Positions 11,381-26,156 of a stretch of DNA of 64,000 nucleotides are shown here, in pieces (within the stretch, counting starts at the first letter, position 1; each line of letters starts with the position of its first letter). The stretch comes from the human T2T-CHM13v2.0 reference genome, Homo sapiens: NCBI RefSeq assembly GCF_009914755.1, contig NC_060925.1; one strand, 5' to 3'. The notes beneath the pieces were generated by a model. The model made no database searches and had not been told where the DNA came from. It worked only from the letters and a program-made list of their open reading frames with translations. A program made the translations under genes and the position numbers.

Positions 11381-13619
11381 GTCAAATTGCCATGGTAGGT
11401 GACTACTGATGTCCACTCACTAATGAATAAAAGTAGCAGCCAACGTTTATGGAGCTGCTGCTGTGTGTTGGGCTCTGGGATTTGCATGTGCCACCTTATT
11501 TACTACTCCCTAAGCCCTGTTTTCTCTATTTTCCAGTCAAGGAAAGTGGAGTTTAGGAAGGCTAAATGATGTACTGATGGCTGCATGGCTAGGAAGGGGG
11601 AGGCCAGGACTTCATTCAGGTCTCCGTGATGGTAAAGTTGTGGCCTTATTATATCCAGGCCCCCATCCCACCCCTTCAGCTTCACATTTGCCCCTCAACC
11701 CTTCTCCTCTGCTGATCTTGATCCTCAAACTCACATACCCAGTTGTGTGGTTGCTCAGTCTGCCAATGCCACCCTCTCTGGGTGCATGCCTGGCCCCCAG
11801 GCCAACAGCAGGGATTGGTGCAGCCTGTCCATCCTTCTCCTCATGTCTTTCCATGGGCTTGGACTTCTCTCCTCTGAACATAGGTGAGATGTTGGCCGAG
11901 CTTTCAGCCCTTGTGGCAATAACATTGAGGTTTGGGGGCTCATTAAAGGCACTGGTTTCCCTTCCTCAGTCCAATTGACAGGGTCAAGGGCATGTTGAAT
12001 AGAAATGAACCCTCTTTATCACCCATAAGGCTGATGCTGGAGGACGGTGCTTACCCCTGAGGGAATGTGGCCCCCGCCCTCGACCCCACAGACCTCAGGA
12101 CCAGACAGGGAGGAGCCACCCATCAGAGGTGCATTGACCCCTCTCATCAGGGTTCAGACTCCTGCATGGTTGGGTGTGAGGTGGGCCAGCACAGCTGTCA
12201 CCATCTTACTCAAGGGGGAACCAAGGCTTACAAAAGCGAGCTCTTGCCTGAATCCCCAGGAAAGTGGGCAGTGAGGAAATGAACCCAGGTCTGACCCAAA
12301 GCCATTGCACTTCATTGGCCCCCACATTGACCACCCCAGGCCTGGGCCCTGCCAGCCTCACCCCAGTCTCTTGGGATGGCTCACTCCATGCTGAGCAGCT
12401 CTGACTGTCAGAAAATGCTTCTTCCCTTTGAATTCCAAGCTGCTTTCTGGTGGATTCTATGAACCAGTCCTTGCTTTGCCCTCTGGAGTTGTACAGTGAG
12501 TTTCATCTCCTCAGTAACTGCAAAATAAATTTAATAAACGCCACTAAAGTGTGTAATCTCATAGGCAGGATGCAGAATTTCTGTGCTTCAGCCTTTTCCC
12601 TGTAATTACTAGCACCATGGAAATTGCAGGGATTAGAAACTCAACTGGAAATGAGGATGGATTGCGTCACCAAGAAAGTTGAAATGAACAGAAACTCCAG
12701 CACAATAAGGCAGGCTTGGATTTGCATTAAATTAGGAGGCAAGTCCAGGCCCATTGATTTTATGGGGACAGTGACCTTCTAGGATTTGTTTAGGAAACTT
12801 GGAGGGGTAAGAGAAAGTTGGGATGGGGTGTGTCAGGTGATGTGAGTTGGTGGCAGCCTCTCTTCGAAAAATTAATTCATCGTATACCTCAGAGTTCATG
12901 TGGACTAACCTCACTTTCAAGGTTGGATGGCATTCCTCTTCCATCACCTCTTTCCTTCCACCCCCCCATTCCCAGGAAGTGAGAGACTTGTCTAAGGTCA
13001 CACAGCTGGTCCATGGGGACCTAGGACTAGAATATAGGCCTTCTCATGCTATGTTCACTGACCTTCACAATGCACGTGTTAATCCTAATCCCCATCAGTT
13101 TTGGTGAAAAAATGTGGGCCACTAGACTGTCATCAGGTTGTAAGAAAATGTAAGATCCTTCTTCCCCTATACCTCTGTGGTCCACCAGAAACAGCGGGGA
13201 GTGTGTGAGGGAGCAGAACCTGGCTCTTCTAAGCTCTGACCTCATTGCCCACTCCTTCCCCAGCAATGCACTTATTGCCTCCTCGCATTGCATACCCAGG
13301 GCAGACAGTGTCAATTGGCTTCGGCACCATTCCCGATCAGCGTGGATCTCACAATCTTAACCTGGAGTTAACTCACAAGATGAAGCCTATTTGCATACTC
13401 CGTCTTCATCAACCAAGAGAACGCCATCAACCAAGAGAAAAACTAGACAATTTGGGATTTAAAAATTTTTCTAAAACCTACTATTGAGTTTCAATCATGG
13501 CTATTAGTGTGAAATACTATGTTAGACTCACTGCAAAAGTGGCTACAATTCTCCACCTGCTGTGATTTGGATGTGGTTTGTTTCCCACCCTCAAAACTCA
13601 TGTTAAAATTTGATCCCCA

Positions 13620-13979
<360 letters not shown>

Positions 13980-14011
13980 TTATGGGGGTACATTCCTTAT
14001 GAAGAGATTAA

Positions 14012-14423
<412 letters not shown>

Positions 14424-16985
14424 TGCCATGTGACTTCTTTGCACATGCTGGCTCCCCTTCCACTTTCTGCCATGAGTAGAAGCAGAAAGGAGACCCTGAC
14501 CAGATGCAGTTGTTCAGTCTTGGAATTTTCAGCCACCGGAATTGTGAGCCAAATGAACTTCTTTTCTTTATAAATTACACAGCCTCAGGTATTCTGTTAT
14601 GGCAATACAGAATGGACTATTGGTACCAGGTGTTGCTGTGCAGGTACTTGAAAATGTGGAAGCAGCTTTGGAACTGCATAATGAGTAGAGGTTGGAAGAA
14701 GAATAGGCTAGAAAAAGACTGTATTGCTGGGAATGGATCATTAAGAGTGATGTTGGCAGAGGCTTAGAAGATGAGCCGGAACTTCTTAAAGATTGGTTAA
14801 GTGGTTGTGGCCAAAATGTTGATTAAAAATATGGACAGTAAAGGCCATACTGATGAAGTTTCAGATGGGAATGAGGAATATCTTATTGGAAATTGGAGTA
14901 AAGGCCGTCCTTATTACACTGTAACAAAGAACTTGGATGCATTGTGTCCTGCCCTAGGGCCTTGGAAGGACATATTTAAGAGTGATGAATATTTGGCAGA
15001 AGAAATTTCTCAGCAGCAAAGCATTCAGGCAGCTGTGTGGTTATGTCTAACTGCTTATGGTGAACTGCCAGGGAAAAGGGAAGCAGGGTGAAAAGATTTG
15101 GAAACTTTGCAGCCCCGCCATGTGGTAAAGAATGAAAGCATTTTCAGGAGGAATCCAAGGGTGTAGCCAAGAGACCCTTTGCTAAATAGATAAGCGAGGT
15201 TAAAAGGGAGCCAGGTGCTAACAGCCAGAACAATGGGAAAAGGGCCCCAAAGGCATCTGAAAGATCTTCAAAGCCATGCCTTCCATCACCAGCCCAGAGG
15301 CTTGGACAAACTGATTTCTGGGGACGGGCCCAGAGCACTGCTACCCTGTGCTGCCCCATATCCTGGCTGCTCTGGCTGGAGCAGCCATGGCTCAAGAAGC
15401 CCCAGGTGCAACTTATGTCACAGTTCTGGAGATCCTAAGTGGTAAGCCTTGGTGGTATCTGCATCCACGTGGTACTAATTTTGCAGGCATGCAGAATGCA
15501 AGGGTGATGGAGGCATGGCAGCTTCCACCTGGATTTCAGGGGATGTGTCGACCTGGAGGCAGAAACCTGCTACAGGGCAGAGACCCTGCAGAGAGCCTCT
15601 ACTGAAAGCCTCTACTCAGGCAGTGCCATGGGGAAATGTGAGGTTAGAGCCCTCACATGGAATCCCCACCCAGGCTCTGACTACTGGAGCTGTGGGACCA
15701 GGGCCACTACTCTCCAGACTCCAGCATGTTAGAGCCACTGGCAGCTTGCACCCCGAGCCTGGAAAAGCCACAGGCACTCAGCTCCAACCCATGAGAGCAG
15801 CCACATAGGCTGCACCCAGAAAAGCCATAGAAGTGTGGCTGTAGAGGCTTTGGGAGCCCACCGCTCACACAAATGTGCCCGGGATGCAGGACCTGGAGTC
15901 AAGAGAGATTATTTTGGCACTGTAAGATTTAATATCTGCCCTGCCGGGTTTCAGACTTGTGTGAGGCCTTTTGCCCCTTTCTTTTGGCCAATTTTTCTTT
16001 TTTGGAATGGAAATGTTTACCCAATGCCTGTACCACCATTATATCTTGGAAGTGAATAACTTATTTTTGATCTTACAGGCTCATAAATGGGAAGGAGCTT
16101 GCCTTGAGTCTCAGGCAAGAGACTTTGAGCTTTTAAATTGATGCCAGGACAAGTTAAGACTTTTGGGACTATTGGGATCAGGAATGATTATATTTTGCAT
16201 GTGACAAAGACATAAGTTTTGGTGGGGGGGCAGGGGTGGAATGCTATAGTTTGAATGTAGTTTGTCCTCGCTAAAACTCATGTTGAAATTTGATCCGTAA
16301 TGTGGCAGTGTTAAAAAGAGTCTGGCTTCCTCAGTCTCTCCCTTGCTTCCTCTCTTGCCATCTGATCTCTTTGAACATGCCGGGTCCTTTTCCAATATCC
16401 ACCATGAGTTGAAGCAGCCCAAGGCCCTCACCAGATGCAGCTGCCCAATCTTGGACTTTTCAGCCACCAGAAGCATGAGCCAAATAAAACATTTTTCTTT
16501 ATAAATTACTCATTCTCAGGTGTTCTGTTATAGTAACACAAAATGGACTAATCAAACCCTTCACAATGTGACTTTGCAGCACCTCCCATCTCGTGGCAGA
16601 GTCTCTTTCTCCACCCCTTGTACCTGGGTCAGCCTGTGACTTGCTTTGTGCAATCGAATGGGATGGAAATGACAGAGTGTCATTTCAGAGCCTGGACTCC
16701 AAGAGGCCTTGCATTCTTCCACCCAGTCTCTTGGAATTCTACTGCTGCCGTGGAAACAAGCCTGGGAGAGCCTGCTAGAGGACAAGAGACCCAAGGGCCT
16801 AATCACCCCCATTGCCCCAGATGAAAGCCAACTAACCACCCATCCATTTGAGTAGGGCCATCTGAGACTGCCAGCTCAAGCTGACTTGCCCGCTGACCAC
16901 AGACAGAAGAGCAAGTCCAGCTGAGATGAGTTGAGTCTGTCCAGAGCAAAGAAACCTCCTGCTGTGCTGTAGACTCATGAGCTAA

Positions 16986-17342
<357 letters not shown>

Positions 17343-17384
17343 TAGGTTTTGAAGTAGTTTTTATGTAGTCATGACTCATGCATT

Positions 17385-17545
17385 ATCTCATGTATTCCCT
17401 CTAATAACTTTATGTGATGACATGATTCCCATTTTACAAATAGTAAAGTTGAGGCTTAGAGAAAAAAAGACTTGCCTGGATCATTCTGGTAATCACAGAA
17501 CTAAAATTCAACCCAGGTCTTTCTGACTCCTCTGTCAATGCTCGA
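17385..17545 (-). mobile_element. MIR SINE
   Basis: cccattttacaaatagtaaagttgaggcttagaga...gacttgcc...ttcaacccaggtctttctgactcc. Confidence 0.75.
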
Positions 17546-17569
17546 TGTAGCTAAAGAATCTCTGATACT

Positions 17570-17750
17570 GGAGTGGCACATAGGTTGCATTTCAATTGCC
17601 AATGTCAGTTAGTTGGTAATGTCCTCCTGTAATGTAGTCTTGAAAAGATGCAGCGGGATAAGTAAGAGTACTGTGATTGATTAGCGATGTCTGCCATTGC
17701 CTGGTGCCCACAGAGGCAACAGTGTGAGTGCTATGTACTTGCCACACAAG
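17570..17750 (+). mobile_element. MER102-like hAT-Charlie DNA transposon relic
   Basis: gagtggcacataggttgcattt...aagagtactgtgattgattagcgatgtctgcca resembles the recalled MER102 consensus. Confidence 0.55.
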
Positions 17751-18559
17751 TCTCAAATATACCCAAACCCAAAGCGTGAGAGAATTTTGGCTGATGTATC
17801 AGGATTTTTCCCTGCGGCGGGGCAGGGTGCCTGTGAGGACACCTGCTCTTATCTAAGGCAACCATGCAGTTTTGCTCCATGCTCAGGCCGTGGGTCTTCC
17901 AGTTGTCAGCCCTGCTGTCATCCAGCCCAGGGTGACACTGTCTTGCTCGCTTACCAGGGTTGGTGTTAGGATTAAAAGAGACGTGGATGAGAAAGCATTT
18001 AATTTCCAGGTGAAAATGATGGCGTCGAACATTTAAACTCCACTCGTCTCTCGAAATCAACCAAAGACAATAAAACAAAAATCTGGTTATAGGGGAAATA
18101 TGTTTCCTTAATTTTTATTGAAACCAGAAATCACCACAGCTCCAAACCACAAACCCTGGAGCCTTTCTTCCAAATACTGCGAAATCTAGACCAGAACACA
18201 GAGGAAACTGACAATCCATGTGGACCCCCTAGTATGTTGTAGATAGGAAAGCCACATCCCAGACCCAAAAACTTCATCCGAGAGTCCTTGGCTTAAAGCA
18301 CTGAGACCCAGACACAGAACCCTAGCGGCTTGGCTGGGGCCACCCTGACTGCTGGGATGTCAAACACGGAATTCTGCTCCCACGGCAGAAGAAACAACTG
18401 ATGTAGTGAGAGACAGTTCAGACCATGAGCCCAAATGGGAGCTGCAGACCGCCTGAGGCCATCCTGCCCACACCTTCCCACGCTATCCTCCCACAAAGAG
18501 CTGGTCTTATCCAGAGTGAGGTAAAAAGTAACCAACACAGGAACTATGCCTAGCTGCTG

Positions 18560-20480
18560 CAAAAAGAGAGATGGAACGTAAACAAAGGCAGATGAAGAAA
18601 ATAGCCCGCAAGAGGAATTGCCCAAAGAAACAGGGGAAAACAATTGTTCTTCAGAGTCTCAATCAGTCTCAGATGACACGATGTCTCTTTAAAAAGACTT
18701 GAGAAATATGAGGATTGAAAAAAGCGATTATAAAATAACAGCATGAGATGTAAATCAAGCTGGCTGTTCTTAGGCATAAAATTAAATCTATCTATCTCTA
18801 TATCTAAATTTATGGATATATTTATAGGCACAGATATAGATAGAGAGATAGTGAGAGAGGTGGGGAACAAAAGAGATAAAAACCACATTAGAAGCACTTA
18901 CAAATAAAGTGAGGATGATTACACTATAGTAGGGAATATTGTGGATAAGCTATAGAAAGTCACACAGCATTAAATAGAAAATAACTTTGTTTCGTTTCGG
19001 TGAAAGATTAGAGAGATGAGAGGCATAAAAGACAGGCAAACATTATCCAATGAATACACATTCTGTGGGACAAGAGGTATAAAAATACTCAAAGATACAC
19101 TAAAAATGAAAATCTTGAAATAAAGACATGAATCTGCAGGCCCAAAGTATATACAATCTTCCAGGAAATATTGCTGAAGAACTATCAGTTCCAAGACAAA
19201 TCTGCATAAAATAATTGAGCTTCAAAAATAAAGTTACTACATCTGGTCATCAAGGTAGAGAAGTCAAATCACAACGCAGCGGGGAAATTAGGTTGATAGA
19301 AACATCTCCTTCCCAACGCTGGAAGGCAGTGGAATGATGCCTATAGAGTTCCAAGGGAAAGAAAAGGCAGCCCCCAAGTTTTACACCCAACCAGTATGTC
19401 TTTCAAGTAAAAGGCGTTGGAGACATTTCGAAGTATGAGGAGCTCATGAAATACAACATTCATGAGTTTTCCCAGAAAAAAAAATCTATTAACAAAAATG
19501 TGAAATTAAGAAAGAACAAAGGAAAGGTAAAGATATACTTAAAAATTAAAGAGGAAGAAAGAAAGAAGGATGGAAACAAGGAAGAAAGGAAGCAAGAAGG
19601 GAATGTTTTGGGCTGAGAATTAGTCCTATTTAAATGCAGAATCCTGCCAGGTGCGGTGGCTCACACACCTGTAATCCCAGCACTTTGGGAGGCTGAGGCG
19701 GGAGGATCGCTTGTAGCCAGGAGTTCAAGATCAGCCTAGGCAACATAGTGAAACCCCAACTTTACAAAAAATAAAAATTAAAAAAATCAGCCAGGTGTGG
19801 CGGTGTGTGCCTGTAGTCCTAGCTACTTGGGAAGCTGAGGATTGCTTGAGTCCAGGAGTTCGAGGCTACAGCGAGCTGTGATTGTGTCATGGCACTCCAG
19901 CCTGGGTGACAGAGTGAAGCCCTGTCTCAAAAAAAAAGAAAAAAAAAAGAACCCACCCTAAATTGCCATGAGATTTGTTTGTGCCTCCCAAATATCATGA
20001 AATGTTATAAACCCTGGCAAGGTAATAATAATGTTATAAGAAACAATATAAGTGTGCTAACTTCCTAACTTTCATTCCCAAGGGGTCAATACAATCAGTT
20101 TAAAATCAAAACATAAAGTTATTTTTTAAAAAGCATGACCACAGTATCTTAATATTTTACAAGTTTTTCTCCTTTATTGTAAAAGTATTTTTAGGAAAAA
20201 AAAATTCTTGTGAAGCAACATTTATCTGAAGTTAATATTTATTTCAGTTTTACCCCAATTTCCAATTCTCCTGGTAAATTAAGTAAAATTATACCTAATA
20301 TTCTTTTATTAAAGATAGCATATATAATATAATTTCATTTTTCCTTGTCTATCTGTGTCTCCTATTCTATGTAGGTACACAGAGAAGTGCCTGGGACGAG
20401 ATTCACCAAATAGAAAACATTTTTTGGGGGGTGATATTTATTTACTATTGCTTGAATGTTTTACTGTACGCATTTGTCAT
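18560..20480 (+). mobile_element. HAL1/old L1 ORF1-like relic, interrupted by an AluJ
   Basis: A-rich + strand. ggaaggcagtggaatgatgcctatagagttccaagggaaa...ttttacacccaaccagtatgtctttcaagtaaaaggc resembles the L1/HAL1 ORF1 C-terminal region. Confidence 0.6.
19645..19950 (+). mobile_element. AluJ
   Basis: J-diagnostic gggaggatcgcttg...ggcaacatagtg...gaggctacagcgagctgtgatt, plus A tail. Confidence 0.95.
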
Positions 20481-21196
20481 TTTTATAACATCAAATTTGT
20501 TTCTCGTTTATTATTTTGGTTAGATTGTGTTTTGCACAATGGAACCAAAGCTGGTGTTTTGACAAAAATGGAGTTTTGGGAGAGATCTTTGCACAAAATA
20601 CAAGAAGATATCAGGGGGCTGCAGGAAGGAGGCAGCCAGATGAAACCTCCTATGTGAGCAGCACATGTTTGATTTTGTGGGGAGGATGGCGAGGGCAGTT
20701 TGCAGTGCTGCCTGACTCATGCAGCATCCACCTCCGCTTTGCCATCCTGGCTTGGGACGAGGAGGGATGGGACCAACAGACTCTGGCTCAGCTGATGCTC
20801 CTGCAGACCCTCTCTGTAAGAGCCTACTAGGGTCTGGACTATTGCTGCAGATGGCAACTGGGTTTCTCACACCCAACCTGGCTCCTTCCAATCCCTTCCC
20901 CTGCAAACTCAGTTATATCACCCGGTTCCTACCTGCTGAAACTTCTCCAGGTTCCTCTACCCCTCAGCCCAACAGAGAGACTGAGTCACTTGCCCAAGGT
21001 TGCACAGCTTGTAACTGGAAGGGGAATTGGAACCCAGTTCAGTCTGGCTCCAGAGCCTGCGGGCTTGGCTGTAGCAACCCAGCTCCCTAGCATGCCCCCT
21101 CCCTGTCTGTCTGGCAGCCCTCGCCTCGCCTCTTACACCAGAGAAGCCTGGGCTGAGGGGGCTGTCGCTTAGGGAGGGATAAATAGATTTGGTGTT

Positions 21197-21557
<361 letters not shown>

Positions 21558-21689
21558 CTACCCTCAGCTTTCACAGTGAAATTAGGAGCAGTGTGTGGTA
21601 AGAGGAACGTCTGAGTCCCAGTCCCAGTCCTGAGATCTCCGGTAAGTCCCTCTCTGTAAAATATGATTGCTCTAGTGCATCAGTTAGTT

Positions 21690-22190
21690 AATTCATTCCT
21701 TCACTCACAGGCTAAATATTTATCCAACACCTACTAGGCTGTGTTGCGGGCACTGGATATTCAGAGCTGAATATTCAGGCAGTGTCCCTGTCCTCCCAGG
21801 GTGCTGCTCCAGCCGGGGAGGTGCAGAACTGGCGGAAGGATGCAGAGCACATGGGGGCTGACCCCATGTTTCAGCTGAGAATTTCGATTTGAGGAAGTCC
21901 ACTGGGCAGAGAGTGGGGGAACTGCATTCCAGAGAGGGGAACCAGAGAGTGCGCAGGGCGGGGTGGCTGGGGGAGGGGGTCAAAGATAGGGCGTGGAGGA
22001 GAGCCCTACAGGAAGCTAGTCATACAGGGACGTGGACAGAAGTTTGGATTTTGTTCCAAGGGCATTGGGAAGCCACTGGAGGGTTTTAAGCTAGGGAAGG
22101 ACATGATCTAACTTATTTTTAAGATTTTGCCCTGGTTGCCTAGTGGAAGAAGGAGGTGGGAGGTGGGAGGGGAACCTGGAGCCCAGGCAG
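21690..22190 (-). mobile_element. L2 fragment
   Basis: attcattcc...acctactaggctgtg...gggaagccactggagggttttaagctagggaaggacatgatc. Confidence 0.75.
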
Positions 22191-24436
22191 GAGGTGGTTG
22201 TCGAGGTGTGGGTGTTTTAACACACCCCGATGTCTCCTTTCTGCTTGCAGGCAGCCTGGGGTCCTGGTCTCTTTTCCAACCCAGGCATTTGTGGGTGGAA
22301 ACTGGGGCTGCCTTGCACTGGGAAGCAGGGGTTGGGGGAACCCAAGAAACGCAATGCCTAGTTTTCACCCAGCCTCACAGGATCACCGCCTCAATAGCCA
22401 AGTGACATTTGCACAGACACAGGGGTGCTAGATGGCAAGTTGCATGAAAATCTTTGGTATTTGCAAATTCTCTTGACTTCAGCTTTGCCTCCCCTGCTCT
22501 AGAGGGAGGGATAGGACTAAATGTGGTAGGAAGCCCCCCAGGCCCCACATTTCATGCTCCATCTTCCGGTGCCTTATCCTGGCATTCAGGGCTCTGCAAA
22601 CCTGACTTCAGCTTCCCTCTGGCGCTGCTGCTCTTCCTGCCGCTTTGGTTACATCCAGAATCCTCAAATCCTCCTTCTCAGCTTTGCGCATGCTGCTCTA
22701 CCCCATGCCCTTCCCTGTCTCACCATCTCTCTAGTCCACCCCCTCAAGTGTGTTTGATCTGTTTCCTCGCATCTAACCCCCAGAGTCCCATGAGAGGCAG
22801 ATAATGTGGCTTTCCCTATTGCACAGGTGAGGACTGCATCTCCTAGAGGCCATGTGACTTGCCCAAGGTGTCACAGCTCCTGACCATGGAGCACGCCTGC
22901 CCCCGGGACACAAGGGCCAGAACCCTCAGCCACACAGGGTTGAAGCAGCCACAGTCTCCACGTGGCTCTCACATTTTCCCATTCAACCATGTACTTGTTT
23001 GATCTGCATCACAATCCTGGGAGCTCCTCAGGCAGGATGGTCACGCCCACTTGTTGGATGAAGAAATTGAGGTCCCGGGAGAAGAAGCAACTTCACTGGA
23101 TCCAAACAGGGGTTGGGGGTTACTAGTAGAGGCAGGACTAGGGGCCTGGCTGCAGTGCTCATGAGCACTGGAGAGAAGCTGAAGGCAGGGATGCAGGCTG
23201 GGGGGCGAATCAGGGAGGGCTGCCTGAAAGAGGTGGGCTGAAAGGCTGGCTTGGGAGGACTGAAATAATGAGGCCTGCTGAGAAAGGAGCTCAGAACTGA
23301 AGGGCAAGGTGAGTTCAGATACAAATGCCAAGAGGAAAGAAGGCTGCTTTCCGTGTGGATGATGCAGATAATCTGAGATCCTCCAGGGGCCTGAGTCAGG
23401 GCCAAGGTTTAGATGACAGCTGAGACCCTCGAGGTACTTATCTATCCTGGAGTGTGTCCTGTCTGCAAATAGGTTATTCAGACACCCTCACATAGCACTC
23501 GCTGTGTGCCTGGCACCCCCGAACAGCTCTGTAGCACCTCAGGCTGTGAGATAGGGATTCTTGTTAGTGTCTGCCTTACAGGTGAGCTTAGGTCACTGGC
23601 CCCAGGACCCACAGCCCTGAATGTTGCAGCTAGGGTCTGTGTGGCCACAATGCTACCTTGCTGCTGCGTGCAACGGCCACTCCCCTGCCCTTCCCCTCCC
23701 CTCCCCTCCTGGGAGGTCACATAGTGACAGCTGACAGCAGGAAGATTCCACCCAGGCAGCCATGTGTGGTCATCCAGAAGTGTCCAACATCAGCTCAGCC
23801 ACCACACCTGACCACACTTGAGTCAGGGGTACAGGGCTGTCTGGGGACATTGGAGATCGAGCATGTGGAGATGGGTTCAAGCCCTGGGTTAGCCCTGTAA
23901 TGGCTGTGTGACCTCAGGTGAGCCACTTAATTTCTCTGGGCTGCCCTTTCCTCCTGGGTCCTGTTTCCTGCCTGGGGCCATGGGATGTTTAAGTGGATAA
24001 GGATGCATTTTACAAAACCAAGATAGATTATTGTGAACCCGTGGGCATCACTCTCACCACAAGGGCCTCCTGATCTCGAGCAATCCCCGGCGCAGCAAGA
24101 AGCTCTTCTTCCCTCCCCTGGCACAACTTTTCGTGAACTAAATCTCCCAGCAGACAAGTAAGTGAGAGCTATGATTGACTCATCGTTGTCAATATTCCTC
24201 CCACTGTTTGCTGTCTCAGCATCCCTGGGGAACCTGGGGAATCGGCAAGAAAAATTCCTGCCTGACTCTGAGAGCCCCAAGCCTTGCCAGGGTCTCAGGG
24301 TGCTTAGAATCCTAGTATGTCAGAGCTGGATTCTTGATGCCATAAGGTTCAATCCTTTTACTGGACAGATGGGGAAGCTGAGGCCTGAAGGTACATAATG
24401 ATGACAATAATAATAATGACAGCAACACAACAACGT

Positions 24437-24930
24437 TTGTGTCAATGCTTTCAGCTGCAGATGGTGAGAAGAAAATCCACATCAGACTGGCTTCAGCACA
24501 AAGGTGGGAGGCATTAGCATAGGTGACAGAAAAATCAGAGTAGGACTTCAGGAATGGCTTGATCAAGAGCTCAAAAAATGTCACCTGGTCCCACTTTTAC
24601 TCTGTCCCAGAGTCTGCTGTGGTTCTGCCCCATTGGCTTCATCCTCAGGCACAGTGTGGTGGCAAATGGCCGCGGCAGCCTGTCTGTCCCCCGAGGTTCA
24701 ATATCAGAGACAAAGAGCTTGTGCCTCAGTCCCAGCATTCCCAACCAGTGTTTTGTTGCACTCCGTTGGCTCTTATGGGCCATGTGATCATCCTTGAGCC
24801 AATTTAGTATAATACCCTGACTAGCTGGGGCCTGGGGTGAAGCCCCACTCAGAACCACAGACTGAATGTGGAAAGGGAGGATCTCCCCCAAATCAAGGGC
24901 TGTTGCTGAAATAAGAGGACTTGGTTACTG
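24437..24930 (-). mobile_element. LTR33/MLT1-like ancient LTR
   Basis: atgctttcagctgcag...gactggcttcagc...ggacttcaggaatggcttgatcaagagctcaaa. Homologous to the copy at 4778. Confidence 0.6.
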
Positions 24931-25768
24931 GGGAGACAAAAAGCTGGCGCCCATTAGCACACACTCCTGGAAGGAGCACACACCATACCCAGGTGCTGTG
25001 CTAGGCACTTGGCATTTGTTTCCACAACTCTCCCCAGCAAGCAGCCAGGTGGGCATCCTTACCAAGGAGGAAACTGAAGTCAGAAAGTGAGAGACCCACC
25101 CAACACACAGTGAGAAAGGTTCAGGGTCATCACTCAGAGCACATGACAGAACAGGTACTCCTGGGGGCAATGGGGGATGAATCCACTGGGAACTCTAAGA
25201 GTTATAGAGCTTGCCTCTGAGCCACCCACCTGTGGAGTGGGGCCCTGGGGTGCATGTCCTCCAAGTCCTCACCCACCCTTGGCTGAAGACTATCTGCCCG
25301 GCACGCAGGCTCAGGGAAGCCCTCAGATGGAGTCACAGGCACTTGTCTGTATATTCCAGTGGTTTGGTCCAGGGTGGGGAGTGTTGAGGGATGCAGATGG
25401 GACGCGGACAGCATCGCTAAGGTCTATGTCCAACAGGGGGTGGTGATCTGCCCCCTCCTTTCCAGTCATGCCCACCCCACCATAGAGCTGCTAATCTGAT
25501 TCATCGGGGTCCATGTGCTAATTGGGCCCAGGTAATGGAAGGGCAGGGCCACTGTGCTGCAAGGCCAGGGCCCCACAGAGCTTTCTCTTCCACTTTCGGC
25601 ACTGCCACATGGCGGGCAGATAAAGGCCAGACCCTACTCTTCTTTCCCACCTTGTCCAAAAAAGCACTGAGTGGTTAAGTTAGGCCAGAGGCTGCACGCT
25701 CAGCCCTGGGGTCTCCTCTTCCTGAACTTCCTTTCTCTTTGTGGTCAGCCAGAGATGAACCTATCTCA

Positions 25769-26131
<363 letters not shown>

Positions 26132-26156
26132 TCAGCTAGAAACTTCTGTATCTGAG

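Noticed and set aside
14801-15091. MaLR internal ORF as a domesticated gene
   Set aside because: Short, frameshifted remnant typical of MST-int copies.
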